Positions 9,931-19,114 of a stretch of 64,000 nucleotides of DNA are shown here, one piece after another. The notes under the pieces were generated by a model. It was not told where the DNA came from. It saw only the letters and a list, made by a program, of their open reading frames with translations, and made no database searches. Every line of letters starts with the position of its first letter. The first letter of the stretch is position 1. This DNA is from Actinophytocola sp. (GTDB taxonomy: Bacteria; Actinomycetota; Actinomycetes; Mycobacteriales; Pseudonocardiaceae): positions 18,878 through 82,877 of the forward strand of contig NZ_DASZCQ010000160.1 of assembly GCF_035942955.1 (NCBI RefSeq), given 5' to 3'. The position numbers and the translations under genes were made by a program.

Positions 9931-10021
9931 GCGGAGCTTGCGGAGCGAACCATTCAACGCTGCCCCGTCGCCGAGGGACGAGGCGACGGGGTTGCCATCA
10001 CCGAGCTTGCGAGGAGAGGGA

Positions 10022-11395
10022 GTGACCGCCACCGGGGCCTCGCTGGGCTATCTGCTGGCCTCGGTGTGCTTCATCGTCGCGCTCAAGGGCCTGTCCTCGC
10101 CGAAGTCGGCCCGGCTGGGCAACGCGATCGGCGCGGCCGGCGCGCTGGTCGCCGTCGTGGTGGTGTCGCTCGTCGCGCGGCCGGACCGGCTGGCGCTGAT
10201 CCTGCTGGCGATCCTGGTGGGCGGGGCGATCGGGGTGATCGCCGCCGAGCGCGTGCGGATGACCGCGATGCCGCAGATGGTGGCGCTGTTCAACGGCGTC
10301 GGCGGGGCGGCGGGCGCGCTCGTCGCGCTGCTGGAGCTGGCCGAGACCGGCGGCCGCGGCGACGTCGACCAGCTGGCAGTGGCGGCGTTCACCGTGCTGA
10401 TCGGCTCGGTGACGTTCTCCGGTTCGGTGCTCACCTTCGCCAAGCTGCAGGAGCTGGTCACCGGCCGGCCGCTGATCTTCCCGGGAATGCGCCCGGTGGC
10501 CGCGCTGGCCGTGGCCGGGGCGCTGGCCGCCGGGATCCTGGTCCCGATCGGGACCCCGCTAGTCGTGGTGGTGCTGCTGGCCTTCGTCAGCCTCGGGCTC
10601 GGGCTGCTGCTGGTGCTTCCGGTCGGCGGCGCCGACGTGCCCATCGTGATCTCACTGCTGAACGCGTTCAGCGGCATCACGGTGACCGCGAGCGGCTACG
10701 TGCTCGGCAACGTGCTGATGATCGTGGCCGGCACCCTGGTCGGCGCCTCCGGCATGCTGCTGACCAAGCTCATGGCCAACGCCATGGGGCGGTCGCTGGT
10801 CAACATCATGTTCGGCGCGTTCGCCGGACCGTCCACTTTGGGCAGTACGGTGGAGACCGACCGGCCGGTCCGCTCGGCCGGCCCGGCGGACATCGCGATC
10901 CTGCTCGGGTACGCCCGCAAGGTGATCGTGGCCCCCGGGTACGGGCTCGCGGTCGCACAGGCCCAGCACACCCTGCGGGACCTCACCGACGAGCTGGAGC
11001 GGCGCGGGGTGACGGTGGAGTACGCGATCCATCCGGTCGCCGGCCGGATGCCCGGCCACATGAACGTGCTGCTGGCCGAGGCCGACGTGCCGTACCACAA
11101 GCTCAAGGAGATGTCCGTGATCAATCCGGAGTTCCGGACCGCGGACGTCGCGCTCGTCGTCGGCGCCAACGACGTGGTCAACCCGGCCGCGCACACCACC
11201 CCCGGCTCCCCGATCTACGGCATGCCCATCCTGGCCGCCGAGGACGCGGCCGCGATCGTGTTCCTCAAGCGGTCGCTGCGCCCGGGTTTCGCCGGCATCG
11301 ACAACGAGCTGCTGCACGGCCCCAAGACCACCCTGCTGTTCGGCGACGCCAAGGACTCGCTGGCCAACCTCGTCGCCGCGGTCAAGGCTCTCTGA
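10022..11395 (+). CDS. pntB: NAD(P) transhydrogenase subunit beta
   Basis: From ORF 9938..11395; a GTG at 10022 follows GGAGAGGGAG. It is polytopic, with the C-terminal NADP domain 'IVAPGYGLAVAQAQH', 'GRMPGHMNVLLAEA', 'VVGANDVVNPAA'. Confidence 0.9.
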   Translation: MTATGASLGYLLASVCFIVALKGLSSPKSARLGNAIGAAGALVAVVVVSLVARPDRLALILLAILVGGAIGVIAAERVRMTAMPQMVALFNGVGGAAGALVALLELAETGGRGDVDQLAVAAFTVLIGSVTFSGSVLTFAKLQELVTGRPLIFPGMRPVAALAVAGALAAGILVPIGTPLVVVVLLAFVSLGLGLLLVLPVGGADVPIVISLLNAFSGITVTASGYVLGNVLMIVAGTLVGASGMLLTKLMANAMGRSLVNIMFGAFAGPSTLGSTVETDRPVRSAGPADIAILLGYARKVIVAPGYGLAVAQAQHTLRDLTDELERRGVTVEYAIHPVAGRMPGHMNVLLAEADVPYHKLKEMSVINPEFRTADVALVVGANDVVNPAAHTTPGSPIYGMPILAAEDAAAIVFLKRSLRPGFAGIDNELLHGPKTTLLFGDAKDSLANLVAAVKAL

Positions 11396-11439
11396 GCGGG
11401 TACGGTAATGATCCGGAGCTACTGGGAGGCAGGCAATCC

Positions 11440-11643
11440 ATGGTGAACGAGTCCGAGGTCAAGGACACCATCCAGGTGGCCACCGACGTGACGGTGGACC
11501 ATCTCGGCCGAATCGCGTCGATCATCGCCGGAGCCGTCCGGGACATCGCGCAGGAACTCGGCAGCTGGGCCAACGACATCCTCGAGGCGAGGGACACGGC
11601 CCAGCGCAGCCGCGCCGACGAGACCGTCGTCGACCCCGAATAA
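11440..11643 (+). CDS. small hypothetical protein (67 aa, acidic)
   Basis: An ATG after GGGAGG, in the tail of frame 10066..11643. I recognise no family. Confidence 0.45.
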   Translation: MVNESEVKDTIQVATDVTVDHLGRIASIIAGAVRDIAQELGSWANDILEARDTAQRSRADETVVDPE

Positions 11644-11645
11644 TC

Positions 11646-11693
11646 GTCTAGCAGTTCTAGACATTATGTGAGATGTCTAGTTAGCCTAGACAT
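11646..11693. promoter_or_regulatory. two tandem palindromic operator-like sites, GTCTAG-N5-CTAGAC (11646-11662) and ATGTCTAG-N5-CTAGACAT (11673-11693)
   Basis: Read directly from an AT-rich 50-nt intergenic patch. The centres are 29 bp apart, and site 2 ends 2 nt before the ATG at 11695. Confidence 0.6.
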
Positions 11694-11694
11694 C

Positions 11695-12237
11695 ATGGTG
11701 ATCGATGACGGGCTGCTCCGACGGGCCCGCGAGGCCGCCGCACGCCTGGCCGACGCGCAGCGCCAGACCGATCTCGCCAAGGCCGACTACCACCACGCGG
11801 TGCGGCGGCTCCACTTCGCCGGCGCGTCCATGCGGGAGATCGCCGACGCGCTCGAGCTCAGCCACCAGCGGGTGCACCAGATCATCGAGGCGACCGGCGG
11901 CACCGGCGGCTGGAAGGCGCGCAAGAAGGCCACCGCCGACCTGGCGTGCAGCTTCTGCGGCCTGCCCAAGGACGAGGTCACCAAGCTCGTCGCCGGACCG
12001 GGCGTGTTCATCTGCGACGAGTGCGTCCGCCTCGTGCACCGGGCCCGCAGCGGTTCGGTGGAAACCTCCCGCACCCGACTGGATCCGGTGCCGGCCGGCA
12101 GTCGCCTGGAATGCTCGTTCTGCGGTAAGGCCGCGCCGAAGGCGTCCACCCTGATAGCCGGGCCGGGCGTGCGCATTTGCGCCGAATGCCTGCAGCTGTG
12201 CGACGACGTCCTCGCCGCGTCAGAACCGCAGTCGTGA
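11695..12237 (+). CDS. HTH domain protein with two ClpX-type C4 zinc-finger domains
   Basis: From ORF 11668..12237 (ATG at 11695). HTH '[21 protein letters not shown]'; 'CSFCG..(19)..CDEC' and 'CSFCG..(19)..CAEC' match the ClpX N-terminal zinc-binding domain pattern. Confidence 0.7.
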   Translation: MVIDDGLLRRAREAAARLADAQRQTDLAKADYHHAVRRLHFAGASMREIADALELSHQRVHQIIEATGGTGGWKARKKATADLACSFCGLPKDEVTKLVAGPGVFICDECVRLVHRARSGSVETSRTRLDPVPAGSRLECSFCGKAAPKASTLIAGPGVRICAECLQLCDDVLAASEPQS

Positions 12238-12810
12238 ACCTTGGCGATCGTCGAGCTCGGGAATGCTCAGCCGCCTCAGCACGTTCTCCACGAACTCCGT
12301 CTTGCCGGCCGTATACGCTTCTCGGTCGTCGCCGTGCTGCTGAGCGAGCCGACGTTTCAGTTCCACGTACCGCTGTGCGAGCTGGCCGTCGCGACGTAGC
12401 GCGTCCCGGAATCTGACCATCTCCGCCCATTGGGGGTCCCCGGCCCGGACCAGGTGCAAATGCGCCTTCCGCCGTCGCTTCGAAGCGTCCGGCTTGACGA
12501 AGAAGCGCCGCCACGGTCGACAATCCAGTTCTGGAGGTATTAAACACCAACCGTCCGCCGCGAGTAACTCCGATGCTTGGTCAACCACCAGATTCAGATC
12601 GCCCACCGAGGCCATCAGGTCGATGATCGGCTTGGCGGCGAGCCCCGCGACCGCCGTGGATCCGATGTGCTCGACGCCATCGACCAGCCATGGCCCCAGC
12701 AACTCGGTCAGCCGTTCAGATTCCACCCTCGCCCGGACCGCCCACCGAGGATCATGCGGATGCACCTCAGGCCGTTCATATGCCCATGCAGGAGTAGGAC
12801 CATTCATCAC
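12220..12810 (-). CDS. GrpB family protein (UPF0157)
   Basis: ORF of 196 aa with '[21 protein letters not shown]', 'HLHLV', and 'FRDALR......YV.LKRRLA'. Confidence 0.8.
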   Translation of the reverse strand: MMNGPTPAWAYERPEVHPHDPRWAVRARVESERLTELLGPWLVDGVEHIGSTAVAGLAAKPIIDLMASVGDLNLVVDQASELLAADGWCLIPPELDCRPWRRFFVKPDASKRRRKAHLHLVRAGDPQWAEMVRFRDALRRDGQLAQRYVELKRRLAQQHGDDREAYTAGKTEFVENVLRRLSIPELDDRQGSRLRF

Positions 12811-12897
12811 ATCATCACTCTACCTTGACCAGGTGACAACGAGCGGCCATCGCGTGGACAAATGGCTGCGTCGTCGCACCTTGGAAGGACGCACGAT

Positions 12898-13365
12898 CTA
12901 GCCTGACGAACCGTTGTCGGCAGTAAGGCAATTTCGTACCTGATCTAGGTGGACAAGGTCCTTGGGTCGTTGAAGCAGGAACTTGTAGTAAAGTACGCAC
13001 TCAAGCCGAACAAACCGAAATCCACTCAGCCACTCGGCCTGGTCGATAAGCAGGTCGGTCTCCCAGTACCGCGGTAACCACTCGCTGAACACTTCTATCT
13101 TGCCGCCCCAGAACTGGATCAGCGGAATACCACGCAAGGGTCCGAAAACGGATACGCCGAGCCGCCGCGCCCGATCCCAGGCGGGGCCCCGGGCAATGAT
13201 ATCCAGATCCCCGATGGTCGGAATCATGCCGCGAACGTAGAGTGGTGCGCTACCGAAGATGGCGAAGTGATCCCGATCGAGATCCAGCTCGATCAGGCGG
13301 TTGAACAAGGAGTGTTCGGTAGGATCGAAAGACACCCGACTCGACGACATGACCGCTTCCTTCAT
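12898..13365 (-). CDS. Pol-beta-superfamily nucleotidyltransferase-like protein
   Basis: ORF of 155 aa with 'FGSAPLYVRG...IGDLDII' (GS...DxD pattern). GC is lower than in the flanks. Confidence 0.5.
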   Translation of the reverse strand: MKEAVMSSSRVSFDPTEHSLFNRLIELDLDRDHFAIFGSAPLYVRGMIPTIGDLDIIARGPAWDRARRLGVSVFGPLRGIPLIQFWGGKIEVFSEWLPRYWETDLLIDQAEWLSGFRFVRLECVLYYKFLLQRPKDLVHLDQVRNCLTADNGSSG

Positions 13366-13372
13366 CGCTCAA

Positions 13373-14047
13373 TTAAGAGGTAGGAGTTTCGCCACGAGCG
13401 ATTGACTGCAGGGTATCCAAGTCAAGAATCGTGATGCTCTGACGTCCTACTGAGAGTATGCCTCGTGCTTTCAAGGGACGAACGACCTTCTTCACTGAAT
13501 CAGTTGAAATCCCGGCGAGTTCGGCCAGGTCGATTTGGCTGAAGCGGAGAACCTTCTTCCCGCCGGTGGTAATTCCAAGGCCTCTTGTCCAGAGGTCGAC
13601 TATTGACTTGGCCAGTTTCTGGGCGCCGGCCAGTTGCGACTCGACCGTCATGTGGGTCGACTCCGCCAGTCGCTCCTGCAAGGTGTTGACCAGGGCCAAT
13701 GTCGCGCGGAAATTGCTCTCCAGAAAAGTCAACCACTTGGTCGCCGAGAGATGGAGTGCCTCAACCTCTTCCAGGGCGAAAATACTGGCCGATCGCGGCT
13801 TGTTGCGAATTGCGGCCATCTCTCCGACCAGATCACCGGGACCGCGTATGGCGACGACTCGACGTGGAGAGCCGGCAACGACCTTGACATGCCCCTTGCG
13901 AATAAGCAGGACGAAGGTCGTCGTCTCGCCTTCTCCCATGAGAATGTTGCCCTTGGGAAAGCGGATCACATCCCCTATCGCCTCCAAAGTGGAGATTTCC
14001 TCCTCCGTGAGGCGGACGTCTAGCTGATAATGGGCGACATCCTCCAT
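13373..14047 (-). CDS. Crp/Fnr family transcriptional regulator (cNMP-binding + HTH)
   Basis: The start is the internal ATG of ORF 13373..14410. cNMP-like motif 'FPKGNILMGEGE....L.KG.VKV', 'GDLVGEMA', C-terminal HTH 'SQIDLAELAGISTDSVKKVVRPLKARG'. The region is low in GC. Confidence 0.8.
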   Translation of the reverse strand: MEDVAHYQLDVRLTEEEISTLEAIGDVIRFPKGNILMGEGETTTFVLLIRKGHVKVVAGSPRRVVAIRGPGDLVGEMAAIRNKPRSASIFALEEVEALHLSATKWLTFLESNFRATLALVNTLQERLAESTHMTVESQLAGAQKLAKSIVDLWTRGLGITTGGKKVLRFSQIDLAELAGISTDSVKKVVRPLKARGILSVGRQSITILDLDTLQSIARGETPTS

Positions 14048-14268
14048 GCAGCTAAGTGTACTCCTACACCTAGCTTGGTGCCAAGGTCCAGCTTCCGGAT
14101 CATGGCGGCCGAACTCCGCCCCAGAGATCAATCCAGTACGCGCGCGGAACCAGCTGATCGAGCAGGGCTTGCTCCCGCCGGGGCAGATCGGCAACGCGCC
14201 GCCACCGATCGGCCGCCAGCCCGACCCCATCGCAACGGAAAGACCCCGCGGGTGAGACTGTCCAATCT

Positions 14269-15064
14269 CTACAGCCGAATGTTCAGTGGGCACCGCGGCC
14301 GGGCGAGGATTCGGCGAGTCGAGGGGCGCCGGGTTGATGGCCTCGTCGACCGCGAAAGCCGGCGTCGCGGGTCCTGCCGACCCGGACTGCGGCGCAACAC
14401 CAACCCTCATGACCGCGAACGGTTTCGGGCCTGGGATGCGGATGGGCTAGACGGGGATGTTGCCGTGGGGCGCCGCGGCCGGCGGAGGCGGCGGCGAACT
14501 TGCGGCGGGTGTGGACCGGGCCGATGACCTCGTCCACCACAAGAGCCGGTGTCGAGTCCCTGCCGACCCAGACCGTGGGGAGAGGCTGTTGCCACGCCGC
14601 GCGCGGCGCGGCAACGACCGCATGACCGCGAACGGTTCGGGCCCGTGGTGTGGATGGCTACAGCCGAATGTTCCGTGGGCGGCGTGGGCGGCGGCGAGCT
14701 TGCGGCGGGTGTGGACCGGGCCGGTGACCTCGTCCACCACGAGAGCGGCGTCGCGCCCCCTGCCGACCCAGGCCATGTGAAGAGGTTGGTGCTGCGCAGC
14801 GCGCTGCGCGCGCGGCGCAGCAAACAACCTCACGATCGCGAACATGTTCGCGCCCGTGGATGGCTACCGGGAATGCTCCCGTGAGCGCGGCCGGCGAGGG
14901 TTCGGCGAGTTGAGGGGCGCCGGGTTGATGGCCTCGTCGACCGCGAAAGCCGGCGTCGCGGGTCCTGCCGACCCGGACCGCGGGGGAGAGGTTGTTGTCG
15001 CGGCGCGCGGCGCGACAACAACCGCACGGCCGCGAACGGGGTTGGGCCTGGGGGTGTGGATGGG
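14269..15064 (-). repeat. four tandem degenerate ~190-205 bp units, each holding a remnant of the last ~110-130 nt of the adjacent carboxyltransferase gene, a spacer and (in three units) a GC hairpin
   Basis: Pseudo-stops 'cta' lie at 14269, 14457, 14658 and 14864; the real stop is at 15065. Units 1 and 4 are near-identical, as are units 2 and 3. Hairpins lie at 14588-14615, 14784-14829 and 14990-15023. Confidence 0.85.
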
Positions 15065-16492
15065 CTAGAGGGGGATGTTGCCGTGGGCGCCGCGGCCGGC
15101 GGGGGCGGCGGCGAGGGCCTCGGCGAGTTTGCGGCGGGTTTGGGCGGGGTCGATGACCTCGTCGACGACGCCGATGGCCATGGCGCGGTCGACGCCGCCG
15201 GCGATCATCTCGTGCTCCTCGGTGAGGCGGGCGTGGAGGGCTTCGCGCTCCTCCTCGGGGGCGGCGGCGAGCTTCTTGCGGTGCAGGATGCCGACCGCGG
15301 CCTTGGCGCCCATGACGGCGACCTCGGCCTCCGGCCAGGCGAACACCGTGGTGGCGCCGAGCGCGCGGGAGTTCATCGCGATGTACGCGCCGCCATAAGC
15401 CTTGCGGGTCACCAGCGTCACCCGGGGCACGACGGCCTCGGCGAAGGCGTGCAGGAGCTTGGCGCCGCGCCGGACCACACCTTCCCACTCCTGGCCGACG
15501 CCGGGAAGGTAGCCGGGCACGTCCACCACGACCAGCAGTGGCACGCCGAACGAGTCGCACATGCGCACGAACCGGGCGGCCTTCTCGGCCGACAGCGAGT
15601 CGAGGCAGCCGCCCTTGCGCAGCGGGTTGTTGGCGATCACGCCGACGGTGCGCCCGCCGAGCCGGCCGAGCCCGACCACGATGTTGGGCGCCCACTTGGC
15701 CTGCAGCTCCTCGAACATGGAGACGTCGCCGTCGTGGTCGAGGATGCCGCGCAGCAGCGGCTTGACGTCGTATGCGCGGTTGGCCTGCTCGGGCAGCAGC
15801 ACCCGCAGGTTCTCCTCCTTGCGCACGGTGTGCAGGTCGAACAGGCCGGGCCGGGCGAACAGCGAGGTGATCCGCCGGGCCCGCCGGTAGGCGTCAGCCT
15901 CGTCGGTGGCGAGCACGTGCACCACGCCGGAGCGCCGGCCGTGCGCCTCGGCGCCGCCGAGGCCCTCCTGGTCGATCTGCTCACCGGTGACGCTGCGTAC
16001 CACGTCCGGCCCGGTGACGAACACCCGCCCCTCCGGCGACATGATCACCACGTCGGTCAGCGCCGGCCCGTAGGCGGCGCCCCCGGCGGCCGGGCCGACC
16101 ACCACCGAGATCTGCGGGATCCGGCCGGACGCCCGGATCATCGCGGCGAACACCTGGCCGACCGCGTCCAGCGACTCCACGCCCTCGGCCAGCCGCGCCC
16201 CGCCGCAGTGCCAGACCCCGAGCACGGGGCAGCGCTCCCGCACCGCGGTGTCGATCGCCTCGACGATGTGCCGGCACCCCTCGGTGCCCATCGCGCCACC
16301 CATCTTGGTGGCGTCGGTGCAGTAGGCGATCACCTTGGTGCCGTCGATGCGCCCACGCACCGCGTACACCCCGGACGAGTCGGCCGGGTGCAGCGGTGCC
16401 ATCGAGCCGGGGTCGAGCAGTGCGGTGAGCCGGACCTCCGGTTCTCGGGGGTCGAGCTGGCGCGCACCGGGCCGCGTGGCCACTGCGGTCAT
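15065..16492 (-). CDS. acyl-CoA carboxylase carboxyltransferase beta subunit (AccD6-like, last gene of the fab operon)
   Basis: From ORF 15065..16522; an ATG at 16492 follows GAGGAG. Motifs: 'DATKMGGAMG', 'GGARLAEG', 'GPAAGGAAYGPALTD', 'RKAYGGAYIAM'. The gene order resembles fabD-acpM-kasA-kasB-accD6. Confidence 0.85.
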   Translation of the reverse strand: MTAVATRPGARQLDPREPEVRLTALLDPGSMAPLHPADSSGVYAVRGRIDGTKVIAYCTDATKMGGAMGTEGCRHIVEAIDTAVRERCPVLGVWHCGGARLAEGVESLDAVGQVFAAMIRASGRIPQISVVVGPAAGGAAYGPALTDVVIMSPEGRVFVTGPDVVRSVTGEQIDQEGLGGAEAHGRRSGVVHVLATDEADAYRRARRITSLFARPGLFDLHTVRKEENLRVLLPEQANRAYDVKPLLRGILDHDGDVSMFEELQAKWAPNIVVGLGRLGGRTVGVIANNPLRKGGCLDSLSAEKAARFVRMCDSFGVPLLVVVDVPGYLPGVGQEWEGVVRRGAKLLHAFAEAVVPRVTLVTRKAYGGAYIAMNSRALGATTVFAWPEAEVAVMGAKAAVGILHRKKLAAAPEEEREALHARLTEEHEMIAGGVDRAMAIGVVDEVIDPAQTRRKLAEALAAAPAGRGAHGNIPL

Positions 16493-16529
16493 CAAGTGCT
16501 CCTCGGATAAGTGGACATCCACAACCGGA

Positions 16530-17774
16530 TCAGGCGGCGGTGAAGGCCAGGGCGACGTTGTGGCCGCCGAAGCCGAACGAGTCGTTCACCGCCGCGGACA
16601 GCTCGAGCTTGCGCGGCTCGCCGGCCACCACGTCGAGCAGCACCTTCGGATCGAGGTTGTCCAGGTTCAGCGTGGCGGGAACGACCCCGTCGTGAATGGA
16701 CAGCACCGTGATGATCGCCTCGACCGCGCCGGCGGCGCCAAGCAGGTGCCCGAACGAGCTCTTCGGCGCGGTGAGCACCGGGTGGTCGCCGATGGCCTTG
16801 CGGATGGCGACGGTCTCGGCCACGTCGCCGACCGGGGTCGCGGTGGCGTGGCAGTTCACGTGGCCGACGTCGGCCGGGTCGATCCCGCCGCTGCGCAGCG
16901 CCGACGCGATGGCCCGGGACTGGCCGACGCCCTCGGGATCCGGGGCGGTGATGTGGTAGGAGTCCGCGCTGGTGCCGATGCCGGCGAGCTTGGCGTACAC
17001 CTTGGCCCCGCGGGCCGCCGCGTGGTCGGCCCGCTCGAGCACCACGACGCCCGCGCCCTCGCCGAGCACGAAGCCGTCCCGGTGCACGTCGAACGGCCGG
17101 GACGCCTTCGTCGGCTCCTCGTTGCGCGTGCTCATGGTCCTGGCCTGGGCGAAGCCGGCCAGGGTGATGCTGGTGATGGCCGCCTCCGCGCCACCGGCCA
17201 CCACCACGTCGGCCTCGCCGGAGCGGATCATCCGCCAGCCCCAGGCGAGGGCCTCGGCCCCGGACGCGCAGGCCGACACCGGGGCGTGCACCCCGGCACG
17301 CGCCTTGAGGTCGAGGCCGACGTGCGCGGCGGGCCCGTTGGGCATGAGCATCGGCACGGTCAGCGGCGACACCTTGCGCAGGCCGGCGTTCTCCAGCAGG
17401 TCGTCCTGGGCGAGCACGGTCAGCACGCCGCCGATGCCGGTGCCGATCACCACGCCGAGCCGGTCGGGGTCGACCTGGTCGACATCGCCCGGCTCGCCGA
17501 GCCCGGCGTGCCGCCACGCCTGCCGCGCGGCGACGACCGCGACCTGCTCGCAGCGGTCAAGGCGGCGTGCCTCGACCCGCGGCAGGACCTCTGTCGGCTC
17601 CACCGCGAGCCGGGCCGCGATGCGCACCGGCAGCTCGTAGCGGTCGATCCACTCGTCTTCCAGAGTGGTCACCCCGCTCCGCCCGGCAAGCATGCCGTCC
17701 CACGTGGACTGGACATCCCCACCGAGCGGTGTGGTGGCGCCCAGTCCGGTGACAACAACCTCGACGTCGCTCAC
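16530..17774 (-). CDS. fabF: beta-ketoacyl-ACP synthase II (KasA/FabF)
   Basis: ORF of 414 aa with active-site 'ACASGAEA', 'NCHATATPVGD' and 'SFGFGGHN'. Confidence 0.9.
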   Translation of the reverse strand: MSDVEVVVTGLGATTPLGGDVQSTWDGMLAGRSGVTTLEDEWIDRYELPVRIAARLAVEPTEVLPRVEARRLDRCEQVAVVAARQAWRHAGLGEPGDVDQVDPDRLGVVIGTGIGGVLTVLAQDDLLENAGLRKVSPLTVPMLMPNGPAAHVGLDLKARAGVHAPVSACASGAEALAWGWRMIRSGEADVVVAGGAEAAITSITLAGFAQARTMSTRNEEPTKASRPFDVHRDGFVLGEGAGVVVLERADHAAARGAKVYAKLAGIGTSADSYHITAPDPEGVGQSRAIASALRSGGIDPADVGHVNCHATATPVGDVAETVAIRKAIGDHPVLTAPKSSFGHLLGAAGAVEAIITVLSIHDGVVPATLNLDNLDPKVLLDVVAGEPRKLELSAAVNDSFGFGGHNVALAFTAA

Positions 17775-17796
17775 TGCCCCTCCGTAGCGAGAAAAC

Positions 17797-18063
17797 TCAT
17801 GCGTTCTTGGAGACGTAACTCACCGCATCGCCGACGGTCTTGAGGTTGGCGAGCTCGTCGTCCGGGATCTTCACGCCGAACCGGTCCTCGGCCTGGACGG
17901 CGATCTCGACCATCGACAGCGAGTCGATGTCCAGGTCGTCCACGAAGGACTTCTCGGCGGTCACGTCCTCGACCGCGACGCCGGCGACCTCCTCGACGAT
18001 CTCGGCCAGACCCTCGAGGATCTCGTCCTCGCTCAGGCCCTTGGCGCTGCTCTCGTTCTCCAT
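17797..18063 (-). CDS. acpP: acyl carrier protein
   Basis: The start is the internal ATG of ORF 17797..18129, after GGAAGGGAAG. The phosphopantetheine site is 'DLDIDSLSMVE'. Confidence 0.9.
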   Translation of the reverse strand: MENESSAKGLSEDEILEGLAEIVEEVAGVAVEDVTAEKSFVDDLDIDSLSMVEIAVQAEDRFGVKIPDDELANLKTVGDAVSYVSKNA

Positions 18064-18139
18064 CGAGTCTTCCCTTCCGTGCTTGTAACTACTGGTCGTC
18101 CACCGGGGTAAGCTACCCGCCGGAGCCATTGGCGTTGCG

Positions 18140-19114
18140 CTACGGGCAGATCACGACCTGGCCCGCGTAGGACAGCCCGGCGCCGAACCCGATCAGCAGG
18201 GTGACGTCGCCGGAGTGGATCCGCCCGGCGGCCCGCATGTGGTCCATGGCCATCGGGATGGATGCCGATGAGGTGTTGCCCGAGTACACGATGTCGTCGG
18301 CGACCACCATGTCGTCCCGGGCGCCCTGCTTGCGCAGCCGCTTGGCGATCGCCTCCACGATCCGCAGGTTCGCCTGGTGCGGGATCAGAACGTCCACATC
18401 GGACGGCTGCAGCCCGGCCGCCTCCAGCGCCCGCAGGGCGATCGGCGCGATCTGCGTCGTGGCCCAGCGGAAGACCGACTGGCCTTCCTGGAAGATGTAC
18501 TTGCCGTCCCGCATGTAGATCATGTCGACCAGGTCGCCCGCGGTGCCCCAGACCACCGGGCCGATGCCCGGCTCCTCGGCCGGGCCGACCACCGCGGCGC
18601 CGGCCGCGTCGGCGAAGATGATGGCGGTGCTGCGATCCACCGGGTCCACCACGTCGGTCAGCTTCTCCGACCCGATCACCAGGGTCCGCTTGGACGATCC
18701 GCAGCGCACCAGGTCGGAGGCGACCCCGAGGCCGTAGCAGAAGCCGGCGCAGGCGGCGTTGAGGTCGAAGGCGCCGGCCCGCTTGATGCCGATCCGGTCC
18801 GCGACCGGCGCGGCGTAGTTGGGGATGGGTGTCAGCGACGTGCAGTTGGCCAGGATCACGGTGTCCACATCGGACGGTGAGAGACCGGCGTCGGCGAGCG
18901 CCTTGGAACCGGCGACCACGGCCATGTCCTCGGCGCTCTCGTCCTTGGCGGCGAACCGGCGCTCGATGATGCCGACCCGCTCGCGGATCCACTGGTCGGT
19001 GGTGTCCATGACCTTCGACAGGTCCTCGTTGGTGACCACCTGCTCCGGCTGGGTGCTGCCGATCCCCAGGATCCTGGTCGCCTGCGCCCCGCGCGCCAGC
19101 CGCAGTGTGCTCAC
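18140..19114 (-). CDS. fabH: beta-ketoacyl-ACP synthase III
   Basis: ORF of 324 aa with 'AACAGFCYGL', 'IPHQANLRI' and 'GNTSSASIP'. Confidence 0.9.
   Translation of the reverse strand: MSTLRLARGAQATRILGIGSTQPEQVVTNEDLSKVMDTTDQWIRERVGIIERRFAAKDESAEDMAVVAGSKALADAGLSPSDVDTVILANCTSLTPIPNYAAPVADRIGIKRAGAFDLNAACAGFCYGLGVASDLVRCGSSKRTLVIGSEKLTDVVDPVDRSTAIIFADAAGAAVVGPAEEPGIGPVVWGTAGDLVDMIYMRDGKYIFQEGQSVFRWATTQIAPIALRALEAAGLQPSDVDVLIPHQANLRIVEAIAKRLRKQGARDDMVVADDIVYSGNTSSASIPMAMDHMRAAGRIHSGDVTLLIGFGAGLSYAGQVVICP

Noticed and set aside
14269-15064. A CRISPR array or other spacer-repeat system.
   Set aside because: The units are ~200 bp, degenerate and clearly derived from the adjacent coding sequence. 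There are no short identical repeats with unique spacers and no cas genes.
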